Source: Hyphomicrobiales bacterium (GTDB taxonomy: Bacteria > Pseudomonadota > Alphaproteobacteria > Rhizobiales > Aestuariivirgaceae). Taken from it: DNA of 64,000 nucleotides. Positions 55,896 to 64,000 of this stretch are shown piece by piece. Location of the stretch: the NCBI GenBank assembly GCA_025363755.1, contig JANYLQ010000050.1, forward strand, positions 70,351-134,350, in the 5' to 3' direction. The notes beneath the pieces were generated by a model that saw only the letters and a list, made by a program, of their open reading frames with translations, did no database searches and was not told the DNA's origin. The position numbers and the translations under genes are program-made. The stretch's first letter is position 1, and every line of letters starts with the position of its first letter.

Positions 55896-56869
55896 TTTGT
55901 GAAAGTCTGATCTTTATATTCGATCACGGCACCTTTGCGCATAATCGCTAAGTATTTCTGTTCAACGCGATCGAACTTTTCATTCAGAGCCATATTTTCA
56001 ATTTGTTGACGTGTTGGCAGAGGCGCATTGATTTTAGGTGGCGTAATCATCCGCTTTCCGCACCATGCAATCGCCTGAACACCTTTAGGCCCACGCACAG
56101 GCCCAATGGCACCGCCAATGCCTTTGGCCTGTAATGCCGCCTTCAGCGGGGCTGGTAACTTGCGCCCATCGGCCTCGATCACTTTACCAACTTTAACGTT
56201 GAATATCCCAGCTGCCGCAGCGCGCGCTGAACCGCAGCCTTTGAATTTTTGAAGATACTGCCCCACTTCAATGGCGCGAGATTGCAGCAGCTGCGGGTCG
56301 TCACCCTCAACCGGAAAATCAACTTGAAGTATCGAGTAAACTTCAATGGGCTGCCGCCGCGGATCAGCCATGATTTTTTTAACTTTTCCATTAATGTCGG
56401 CCGTAACTTCCGCCATCTTCTTATCAACTTCGCCCGGATCAACCGCAATTTTTTCTTTATATTTGGCAGTGAGCAGGCGACTAAATGACATCTGCGCAGA
56501 AACATATTGGCGCATGGTATTTAGCGTAAGCCCTTGCTTGCCCAGCTTGCCTTCGAGGCCCGCCATATCCGTTTTGAGCCCCTTGGCCATTCCGCCTAAG
56601 CGTTCATCAATTTCCTTCTCGGTGGGATCGATCCGAAAGCGCCGCGCTTCATCGATTTTCACCACATCATCAATCAGCGCGTTGCCAATTTTCTTACGGT
56701 CAAAGCCGCTCGTCTGCCCTAAAATCGCCAACAACTTAATGCGCTGGTCAATATCAAAGCTCGTCACGGGATGGTCATTTACAGTTGCAATGACCGATGC
56801 TTCCTGAGCATTGACAGGCTGATACAATGCAATAAGCAAAACAAAAGCGAACATCGATCTAAGGATCAT
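55892..56869 (-). CDS. surA: SurA-like periplasmic chaperone
   Basis: Signal peptide MILRSMFAFVLLIALYQPVNAQ, SurA N-domain-like region. Canonical position between lptD and pdxA. ATGA overlap with the lptD stop. Confidence 0.75.
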   Translation of the reverse strand: MILRSMFAFVLLIALYQPVNAQEASVIATVNDHPVTSFDIDQRIKLLAILGQTSGFDRKKIGNALIDDVVKIDEARRFRIDPTEKEIDERLGGMAKGLKTDMAGLEGKLGKQGLTLNTMRQYVSAQMSFSRLLTAKYKEKIAVDPGEVDKKMAEVTADINGKVKKIMADPRRQPIEVYSILQVDFPVEGDDPQLLQSRAIEVGQYLQKFKGCGSARAAAAGIFNVKVGKVIEADGRKLPAPLKAALQAKGIGGAIGPVRGPKGVQAIAWCGKRMITPPKINAPLPTRQQIENMALNEKFDRVEQKYLAIMRKGAVIEYKDQTFTK

Positions 56870-59115
56870 CAGAAGCCGGCCGCTACTGTAGCCTTGCCCA
56901 GTGTTGCCAATTCCAGCGACAATATAACCTTGTCTTCGGTTTCGTGGGTAAACGGATCGTTGGTTCCGGTATATGCCACTTTGAAGTTCATGCATTCGCA
57001 GTCAAATTCCAGTCCAAAAGTTTTGCGCGTCAGTTGGCTATAACCAATGTCATAGGTGAGCCCCCCAAACACGTTCCATCCATCTTCAAGGCCAAACTTA
57101 ACATCGCCTTGCACCCAGTTTTCAGCGCGTATCCGGCCATAGTTTGGTTCTGCACCAATGTTCAAGTAGCCCAGATTGGCGGAAATCCTGTCAAAAGTGA
57201 GGCTGGCCAAAGCCTCTTGTCGGTCGAGCGCAGAAAAATCATTCAGCATGCGCGCTTCATAAGAAAGTGAAAGGTCACTCCAGGGTTGGAAAACAATATT
57301 TCCCACTACGTCTGAATTCTCGCCGCTTAAACCAGAACCCGCAACAAAACTGTTTTGCCCGGCAATGTGAACAGACTCGCCCAAACTCGCGCGAATGAAC
57401 CCACCATTGGCATCATAATAGGCGTAAGTCGCGCCAACATTCGCCCGTGTGCCGCCCTCGTAACGATCAAGCCCCGTAAACCGATCAGACAGAAATAAGC
57501 TCGTATGATCGAAGTTCAAAGTAATCGCGTCTTCATTGCCCCACTGATTAACGTTGGTCTGATCCGCAGCAGATATCAATTGGAACACCGGCGTTATAAT
57601 GCTTTGGCCATATTGCGAAGACGAAATAAACGGCATGCGCACATCAACACCCGTCGAAGGCAAAATTTGCCCCGTGGTTTCGCTTGCGCTTGAAGCACCC
57701 GGCACATTATCGGTAATGTAAATCTCGTTGCGCACTTTCGCAAATGGCGAAACCACAATCCCGTTGTCGGTCGTAAATTGCGTTTTCCAATTTACATCAA
57801 GCACGCCGCGGGTTTGATCGGTGCCATGATTAACCGTGGTATATGGCGTGCTGCTTTGATCGCGGTGAAGCGAATAAGCACTCCAATCAAAACTAATGTC
57901 CCCACCAAACGAAACATCCTTGAAAACCTGCTCTCCTGAAACAAAAGGCATCGCATAAGGCAAGTCAGCTTGATCGACATAAGTGGAGAGCGATTGAAAA
58001 TTCAACAGCTGTGCTGAAACATAATCCTGATCGCGAATTTCGGTAGCGTAAATATTATTATAGGCAATCTCGCGCCCGTCATAACCATAGTGATCAAGGA
58101 ATGTGCGGTCACTCACAAACGTGCCGTTCCATCCCCAATTCCAATCTTGGTCCAGTTTAAACTTGCCCTCGGTTTCAAGAGCACCACGCCACTCATGATT
58201 ATCTTCACCCGTCAAAGGCGTAAATTGGTGCACACCTATGCCACGAATATTATAATTCCCAGTGGCCGTCGCTTGCCGAAACTCCACATCTGCCACTGGC
58301 CCCTGGCGCGTGGTCAACAATGGCCCGAATGTCAAATCATAATCAGGTGCCAAAGCCCAGAAATAAACAGGTGCAAATCCCGCTCCAAAAGCACCGCCAA
58401 ACTTCACATCGGGAATAAGCCAACCTGAACGGCGCTTCACTGATGGATCAGGATAAGTGAAATAAGGTGCCGCAGCGATGGTCACGCCACCGATCTGCAA
58501 TTTTGGATTCACATAATGAATATCATGCGCCTTATTGTCATGCGTTGCTTCATCAGCCACGACTTGCCATAGCGGGCGCCCGCTGCGTGTTTTGCAGTCC
58601 GTGCAAGCTGTATAAGTCGCATGCGTATAAACCGTAATCTCACCCTCATAGCGCCGCGCATATTCTGCGGTGATCGTCACATTGTTGGTCAACAACGCTT
58701 TCACATGTTCGGCAAACCCGGTTTTGAATTTATTAGCGAGATCGATGGAATCTGCTTTGAGAATATTGCCATTAGGTTCGCGGATCACCACTGAACCATT
58801 GGCTTTGAACGCACCCGTCTTCGAATTATATTCAACCCGTGTGGCCACTAAAGTGAACGGCCCATAAACCAGCCTCACCGTGCCCGTCGCCACAGCGTTG
58901 AGCGAGCGCGGATCATAAGTAATTTTATCGGCCACCACATCAACCTTGGTGCCCTTGGGGGGCATCTTAAGGTTTGGCTCAATTAATGTTTTTTCAGTAA
59001 TTGCAAGGGCAGGTGAAGCAAAACCCAGCACCGCAAGTCCAAGCACCAGTGCACCGCAGGAAACAGTTTCCCGCAATCGGCTCAAAGCACTTGATCTTTG
59101 CTTGAACTGCCCCAA
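56869..59115 (-). CDS. lptD: LPS-assembly outer-membrane protein LptD
   Basis: 748 aa, TTG start, signal peptide, OstA-like N-domain and a long beta-barrel-type C-terminus ending in F. Confidence 0.88.
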   Translation of the reverse strand: MGQFKQRSSALSRLRETVSCGALVLGLAVLGFASPALAITEKTLIEPNLKMPPKGTKVDVVADKITYDPRSLNAVATGTVRLVYGPFTLVATRVEYNSKTGAFKANGSVVIREPNGNILKADSIDLANKFKTGFAEHVKALLTNNVTITAEYARRYEGEITVYTHATYTACTDCKTRSGRPLWQVVADEATHDNKAHDIHYVNPKLQIGGVTIAAAPYFTYPDPSVKRRSGWLIPDVKFGGAFGAGFAPVYFWALAPDYDLTFGPLLTTRQGPVADVEFRQATATGNYNIRGIGVHQFTPLTGEDNHEWRGALETEGKFKLDQDWNWGWNGTFVSDRTFLDHYGYDGREIAYNNIYATEIRDQDYVSAQLLNFQSLSTYVDQADLPYAMPFVSGEQVFKDVSFGGDISFDWSAYSLHRDQSSTPYTTVNHGTDQTRGVLDVNWKTQFTTDNGIVVSPFAKVRNEIYITDNVPGASSASETTGQILPSTGVDVRMPFISSSQYGQSIITPVFQLISAADQTNVNQWGNEDAITLNFDHTSLFLSDRFTGLDRYEGGTRANVGATYAYYDANGGFIRASLGESVHIAGQNSFVAGSGLSGENSDVVGNIVFQPWSDLSLSYEARMLNDFSALDRQEALASLTFDRISANLGYLNIGAEPNYGRIRAENWVQGDVKFGLEDGWNVFGGLTYDIGYSQLTRKTFGLEFDCECMNFKVAYTGTNDPFTHETEDKVILSLELATLGKATVAAGF

Positions 59116-59323
59116 ACACCACCACCAAAGGAAAACAAAACGACAATCAATCCTTAACGACTTTTAACCGCGCCGTGAAGGGAAGAAATATTTCGCAACA
59201 AACTGGTGAAAATAAGAGTCAAAGCCAGTTTCCAACCGTACTGGTTAATAGCTCATAAATGTCCAGTTGAAGCCAAATGCCCAGCCCGCTATGCAAACCA
59301 TTATACAAATCAAGGATTCTCCA

Positions 59324-60799
59324 ATGAAAATAGCCTTTGCTAACGCCACATTGCCAAAATCAGGCGTAATCGTCGTATTCGCAACAGAGGGCGGCAAGCT
59401 GACTGCCCCCGCCGCTATTGTCGATAAAGCCAGCAAAGGTCAACTCACCCGCGCGGTCAAAGCGGCTAATTTCGAAGGCAAACGCGATCAAATAATGGAT
59501 GTCATCGCCTGCGGTACATATGATCGTATTCTCGTCGTGGGGCTTGGCAAGGCTGATTCGATCACAGCCCATGAAACAGAAATGCTCGGCGGCGCAATAG
59601 CAGGCTCATTGCAATCTGCCAAAGTCACCATTGCCGCAATTGCTGTGGCCAGCCATAAAACCTTATCAGAAGCAGAAACCGCTTCACTGCTGGCTTCGGG
59701 CGCATCGCTCCGCGTCTATAGCTTCGACCAATACAAATCCAAGAAGCCAGAGAAAGCTAAGCCGCTTGATTCCATCGCTATCCATTCCGCAAGCGCAGAA
59801 AAAGCCGAAGCCGAATTTGCGCCGCTGTCTGCCATCCGCGAAGGCAATCACTTTGCGCGTAATCTCGTGAATGAGCCAGCCAACATTCTCTATCCAGTGG
59901 AATTTGCCAACCGTGCCAAGCAACTTGCCAAAGCTGGCGTGAAAATCGAAATTCTAACACCAGCCCAAATGAAGAAACTTGGCATGGGTGCACTATTAGG
60001 TGTGGCTCAAGGTTCGCCCTTCGAAGCTAGACTTGTCGTTATGCGCTGGGATGGTGGCAAGAAGGGCCAACAACCCATCGCCTTCATCGGCAAAGGTGTA
60101 ACTTTCGATACGGGTGGTGTCTCAATCAAGCCAGCAGGTGGCATGGAAGATATGAAGGGCGATATGGGCGGCGCCGCCTGCGTCACAGGCTTAATGTTGG
60201 CTCTGGCCAAACGCAAAGCCAAAGCAAATGTCATTGGTGCAATCGGTCTTGTTGAAAACGCCATTGACGGCAATGCCCAACGCCCAGGTGACGTGGTCAA
60301 ATCCATGTCCGGCCAAACCATCGCTGTTCTCAACACCGATGCTGAAGGTCGCCTCGTCTTGGCTGATGTGCTTTGGTATATCCAAGACAAATTCAAACCA
60401 AAATTCATGATCAACCTGGCCACGCTCACGGGCGCAATCCTGGTCGCCCTGGGCAAAGAACACGCAGGTTTATTTTCAAATAATGATGAACTCGCAAAGC
60501 GTATTTCGGATGCAGGTTATGCGACAGGTGAAAAAGTCTGGCGTATGCCGCTAACGCCCGCCTACGACAAGATGATCGACTCAGACATCGCCGATATGAA
60601 AAACATCGGCGGCCGTTTCGCGGGCTCCATCACCGCAGCCCAATTTCTGCAACGCTTCGTCAACAAAGTGCCATGGGCGCATCTTGATGTGGCAGGCACC
60701 GCCATGGACGCCGAAAAATCCGCTATCAATCAAAGCTGGGGTTCGGGCTGGGGTGTGAGGTTGCTCAATAAATTGGTGGCAGACCACTACGAGAAATGA
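59324..60799 (+). CDS. pepA: leucyl aminopeptidase (M17)
   Basis: Start at [23 protein letters not shown] and NTDAEGRL motifs. Confidence 0.92.
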   Translation: MKIAFANATLPKSGVIVVFATEGGKLTAPAAIVDKASKGQLTRAVKAANFEGKRDQIMDVIACGTYDRILVVGLGKADSITAHETEMLGGAIAGSLQSAKVTIAAIAVASHKTLSEAETASLLASGASLRVYSFDQYKSKKPEKAKPLDSIAIHSASAEKAEAEFAPLSAIREGNHFARNLVNEPANILYPVEFANRAKQLAKAGVKIEILTPAQMKKLGMGALLGVAQGSPFEARLVVMRWDGGKKGQQPIAFIGKGVTFDTGGVSIKPAGGMEDMKGDMGGAACVTGLMLALAKRKAKANVIGAIGLVENAIDGNAQRPGDVVKSMSGQTIAVLNTDAEGRLVLADVLWYIQDKFKPKFMINLATLTGAILVALGKEHAGLFSNNDELAKRISDAGYATGEKVWRMPLTPAYDKMIDSDIADMKNIGGRFAGSITAAQFLQRFVNKVPWAHLDVAGTAMDAEKSAINQSWGSGWGVRLLNKLVADHYEK

Positions 60800-60943
60800 G
60801 TTCCGCCGATTAGAGATAATCTCTTGCATAGCAGATATCTCTATTCTGTAACTGTACCTTCTTGTATTACATATTTACAGTTCCCAAGTATGAGCGACCG
60901 CAACCTCGTTGGTGTGTCACAACTTAAGATAAGGGAATTTAAA

Positions 60944-62005
60944 ATGAATACTTTATGGCAACCCGTTGAAGTCGGCAGAATGCAGCTGAAACACCGCCTG
61001 GCCATGGCGCCAATGACCCGCAGCCGCGCTCAAGCTGACGGCACACCAAATGATTATGTCGCAGATTATTACGCCCAGCGCTCTTCTCTAGGATTGCTGA
61101 TTGCAGAAGGCACGCAGCCTTCCGATGATGGCCAAGGTTACACAACCACGCCTGGCATCTACACTGATGCACATGTCAAAGGTTGGAAAAAAGTGACGGA
61201 CGCCGTCCATAAAGCAGGCGGACACTTATACATCCAGATCATGCACGCAGGCCGCATCTCTCATCCAGATAACACCCCCCATCACCGCCAGCCAGTCGCA
61301 CCATCGGCAATTTCTGCAAACCAACCAATGTTTACGCCAACTGGCATGCAAAACACTCCAGAGCCCCGCGCCTTAACACACGCTGAAGTAAAGCAAACCG
61401 TGAAAGATTTTGCTTATGCCGCCAAGCGCGCCATTGAAGCAGGCGCAGACGGCGTCGAAATCCACGGTGCCAACGGCTATCTCGTCGAGCAATTCATAGC
61501 GCCAAACTCCAACACCCGCACCGATGAATATGGCGGATCCATCGAAAACCGCGCCCGCTTTGCCATTGAAGTGGCAAAAGCCGTTGCTGCTGAAATTGGT
61601 GCAGATCGTACAGGCATTCGCTTGTCCCCGCTCAACACCGCAGGTGGTTTGGTGCAAGGGCCAGAAGCCCCAGCGCTGTTCCATTATCTCGTCGCCGAAC
61701 TAAACAAACTCAATCTTGCCTACTTGCACATTTTGCATACTGGCGACGAAAATCTGCTGCAAGACATCCGCAAGGAATGGAAACACCCGCTTCTGGTCAA
61801 CCGTCCAAACGCCACGCCAGACAATCTGGATCGTGACGTAAAAACCGGTATTGCGGATATGGTGCCCGTCGGCAAAATGGCCTTGTCAAATCCAGATCTA
61901 GTAGAACGCCTCAAAGCCAAAGCCACGCTGAACGAAGGCGACCCCAAGACCTTCTTTGGTGGCAATGAAGTGGGCTACACCGATTATCCAGCGCTTGCCG
62001 CATAA
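60944..62005 (+). CDS. Old Yellow Enzyme family NADH:flavin oxidoreductase / alkene reductase
   Basis: Start at MNTLWQPVEVG. MAPMTRSRA and HGANGYL motifs, 353 aa. Confidence 0.88.
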   Translation: MNTLWQPVEVGRMQLKHRLAMAPMTRSRAQADGTPNDYVADYYAQRSSLGLLIAEGTQPSDDGQGYTTTPGIYTDAHVKGWKKVTDAVHKAGGHLYIQIMHAGRISHPDNTPHHRQPVAPSAISANQPMFTPTGMQNTPEPRALTHAEVKQTVKDFAYAAKRAIEAGADGVEIHGANGYLVEQFIAPNSNTRTDEYGGSIENRARFAIEVAKAVAAEIGADRTGIRLSPLNTAGGLVQGPEAPALFHYLVAELNKLNLAYLHILHTGDENLLQDIRKEWKHPLLVNRPNATPDNLDRDVKTGIADMVPVGKMALSNPDLVERLKAKATLNEGDPKTFFGGNEVGYTDYPALAA

Positions 62006-62023
62006 TCTCGCTTGAAAGAATCT

Positions 62024-62053
62024 CCGTCATGAGGTGAAAGAGCCTCATGACGG
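62024..62053 (+). promoter_or_regulatory. perfect 11-bp stem-loop enclosing the holC start codon
   Basis: ccgtcatgagg-tgaaagag-cctcatgacgg. The ATG of holC (62047) lies in the 3' arm. Confidence 0.5.
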
Positions 62054-62499
62054 AAGTTTGGTTTTATCACCTCGAAAAACAGCCCTTGGATCATGTGCTT
62101 CCGCGCATTGTGTCCAAAGCCATTGAACGTGGGCTTCCTTTGGTCATAGAAACTACCAGCCAAGAACAAGTCACCAAAATCTCCGATATGCTCTGGGCCG
62201 CTGAAGATGTGGCCTTTTTGCCCCACGCCTTTGAAGGAGACGGGCAGGGCGAGCTCCAACCCGTCTGGCTCACGACTAGCGCAGACAATCCTAACGAATC
62301 CAAAATGCGCATTTATACCCACGGTGCCATTCCCGTAGATATATCAACGCTTTCCAGAGCGATGTTGATGTTCGATGGCAACGACCCTCAAGCGTTGGAC
62401 GCAGCCCGGGCCGAATGGAAACGCCACAAAACCGATGGTCACCAAGTCAGCTATTGGCGTCAAGACGAAAGCGGCAAATGGCAGAACCAAGCAAAATGA
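62047..62499 (+). CDS. holC: DNA polymerase III chi subunit
   Basis: 150 aa. MTEVWFYHLEKQPLDHVLPRIV N-terminus typical of alphaproteobacterial HolC. Usual neighbourhood of pepA. Confidence 0.85.
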   Translation: MTEVWFYHLEKQPLDHVLPRIVSKAIERGLPLVIETTSQEQVTKISDMLWAAEDVAFLPHAFEGDGQGELQPVWLTTSADNPNESKMRIYTHGAIPVDISTLSRAMLMFDGNDPQALDAARAEWKRHKTDGHQVSYWRQDESGKWQNQAK

Positions 62500-62675
62500 C
62501 CGAAAAACTCAAATACCGATTGCTCACCGGCCCCGACGATAAAGCCTTCTGCGAAAAAGTCTCGAAAGCCTTGGAAGAGGGCTACGAACTTTATGGCTCA
62601 CCGAGCATCACTTTCGACGGAAAAAAATGCATTGTGGCCCAAGCCGTCGTTTTAAAAAGTTCCGCCTATCAGTAA
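62496..62675 (+). CDS. DUF1737 domain protein
   Basis: 59 aa. YRLLTGPDDKAFCEKVSKALEEGYELYGSP matches my memory of DUF1737. ATGA overlap with the holC stop. Confidence 0.65.
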   Translation: MTEKLKYRLLTGPDDKAFCEKVSKALEEGYELYGSPSITFDGKKCIVAQAVVLKSSAYQ

Positions 62676-62750
62676 CAGATCAAACGTTGTCCTCAGTCAC
62701 CTTGCAGGACTTGTCTAAACTGATACCCATTTGTGGAATGTAATAATAAC

Positions 62751-62775
62751 TAGCAGGCTCACCGTACGGTGTCAA
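62751..62775 (-). promoter_or_regulatory. promoter-like motif with ACCGTACGGT palindrome (copy B, minus-strand orientation)
   Basis: The minus strand reads ttgacaccgtacggtgagcctgcta, matching copy A at 24 of 25 positions. Confidence 0.5.
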
Positions 62776-62803
62776 GCTAAAAATCCTAAAAAAAGAAATT
62801 ATT

Positions 62804-64000
62804 TTAAAAAAGATAGGAATTCAGCCACATATGCGTAACTATTGAAGCGATGTATCCAAGCAGCACCACAGGTGCCCATTTCAGATGACTCATAAAAGTA
62901 TATTGCCCCTTGGCCAACCCCATCAAAGCCACCCCAGCCGCAGAGCCGATGGCAAGCAAACTGCCGCCCACACCTGCGGTCAAAGTGATGAGAAGCCATT
63001 GCCCATGGCTCATTTCAGGGTTCATGGTCAGCACTGCGAACATCATCGGAATGTTGTCGACTACCGCAGAAAGCAGCCCAATTGAGATGTTCGCCACGGT
63101 CGGCCCAAATTGACCATAAAGAAAACCATTGGCCAAATTCAGATAGCCAAGCACACCAAGCCCGCCAACCGCGAAGATGATTCCGAAAAAGAATAACAGC
63201 GTGTCCCATTCAACACGTTCAATTTCTTTAAAAGAATTTAAAACCATATCATCATTCTGATAGCGCTTGCCCTTGCGCTGCAAAAAATAAGCCCAGAATT
63301 GCAGATAGCCTAAGCCCAGCATCATTCCCAAAGCTGGGGGCAAGTGAAGAAAATTTCTGAATGCCACAGCGGTCACGATTGTCAGCGCAAACAAAACCAT
63401 AACACCATAGGCGCCGGGCTTCATGTTGATTTTGTCCACGCTTTTTGCAGGTTGCCCTTTGGGCACGCCAAACTGCATAATTAAAGCGGGCACGAACCAG
63501 TTTATAAACGAAGGCAAAAATAGATCGAAAAATTCGAAAAACGTCACTTTGCCCTTCTGCCACACCATCAAAGTCGTGATGTCCCCAAAGGGTGAAAAAG
63601 CACCACCTGCATTGGCAGCAACCACAATTGAAACGCAGCTTACTGCGACAAAAGCTGGTGAAGCCCGTCCAACCGCCAACACCACGGCACCCAAAACCAA
63701 GGCAGTAGTCAAATTGTCGAGCACGCCGGAGAGGAAAAACGCAAAGATACCAGTCAACCAGAACAGTTGTCGATATGATAAACCGCGCTCGACCAGTTTA
63801 ATTCGCAGAACATCAAACACGCGTCTCTCTTCCAATGTATTCACATATGTGATGGCCACCAGCAGAAATAAGAAAAGCTCGCCATACTCAAAAATAATAT
63901 GTTGTGCGGCTGTTTCTGCCAACGGGCTTTGCCCTGCCATTGCGTAGGCGGCGCCAATCAAAACCCAAATTAAACCAGCGGCCAGAAGAACCGGCTTAGA
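62804..64000 (-). CDS. NhaD/ArsB-superfamily Na+/H+ antiporter, 5' end outside window
   Basis: Polytopic membrane ORF. The reading frame stays open upstream of 63961 to the window edge. Confidence 0.7.
   Translation of the reverse strand, partial: SKPVLLAAGLIWVLIGAAYAMAGQSPLAETAAQHIIFEYGELFLFLLVAITYVNTLEERRVFDVLRIKLVERGLSYRQLFWLTGIFAFFLSGVLDNLTTALVLGAVVLAVGRASPAFVAVSCVSIVVAANAGGAFSPFGDITTLMVWQKGKVTFFEFFDLFLPSFINWFVPALIMQFGVPKGQPAKSVDKINMKPGAYGVMVLFALTIVTAVAFRNFLHLPPALGMMLGLGYLQFWAYFLQRKGKRYQNDDMVLNSFKEIERVEWDTLLFFFGIIFAVGGLGVLGYLNLANGFLYGQFGPTVANISIGLLSAVVDNIPMMFAVLTMNPEMSHGQWLLITLTAGVGGSLLAIGSAAGVALMGLAKGQYTFMSHLKWAPVVLLGYIASIVTHMWLNSYLF

Noticed and set aside
22784-62775. The two inverted 25-nt motif copies considered as terminal inverted repeats of a ~40-kb mobile or invertible segment.
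   Set aside because: The interval is full of core housekeeping operons (fab, lptD-surA-pdxA-rsmA, gmk, pepA). It has no transposase, integrase or recombinase and no flanking target duplication that I can see. The promoter/operator reading fits better.
1-64000. Scan for CRISPR arrays, rRNA/tRNA genes, IS elements, integrases and prophage modules.
   Set aside because: No regularly spaced direct repeats, no cloverleaf-like intergenic segments, and no ORFs with transposase, integrase or phage structural motifs were seen. The only repeats are the short REP-type hairpins.

Overview
Dense 64-kb chromosomal window with about 70 protein genes on both strands. I saw no rRNA, tRNA, CRISPR array, transposase or integrase. 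Gene order looks alphaproteobacterial (inference from synteny only): mtgA-rpmF, fabD-fabG-acpP-fabF-mltG, yicC-gmk, lptD-surA-pdxA-rsmA, pepA...holC. The first ~47 kb is accessory and metabolic. It holds ald plus an Lrp regulator, and a MocR-EamA pair divergent from a cytoplasm-facing molybdopterin oxidoreductase trio (SoeABC-like) followed by an MBL-fold hydrolase. It also holds a multi-part cobalamin-dependent methionine synthase scattered over ~15 kb: Hcy-binding module, corrinoid protein, DUF1638, RamA/RACo-type activase and pterin-binding methyltransferase. Further genes here are two orphan Flp pilins, a rhodanese-lipoprotein pair, an AT-rich islet with DUF433 and an AbiC-like membrane protein, a Tat-type thioredoxin plus CcdA, phnW-phnA-phnY plus a CoA-transferase, LemA-DUF2207, and thiBPQ behind a clear TPP riboswitch with a divergent thiamine pyrophosphokinase. 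The last ~17 kb is housekeeping. Non-coding signals include two families of REP-like hairpin repeats, a 20-bp palindrome in front of the Hcy-methyltransferase gene, three TGGnnCCA boxes in the MocR/soeA divergent region, and a 25-nt promoter-like motif with an ACCGTACGGT palindrome present twice in inverted orientation. All functional calls rest on motifs read from the supplied translations and on remembered family knowledge. No database search was possible.
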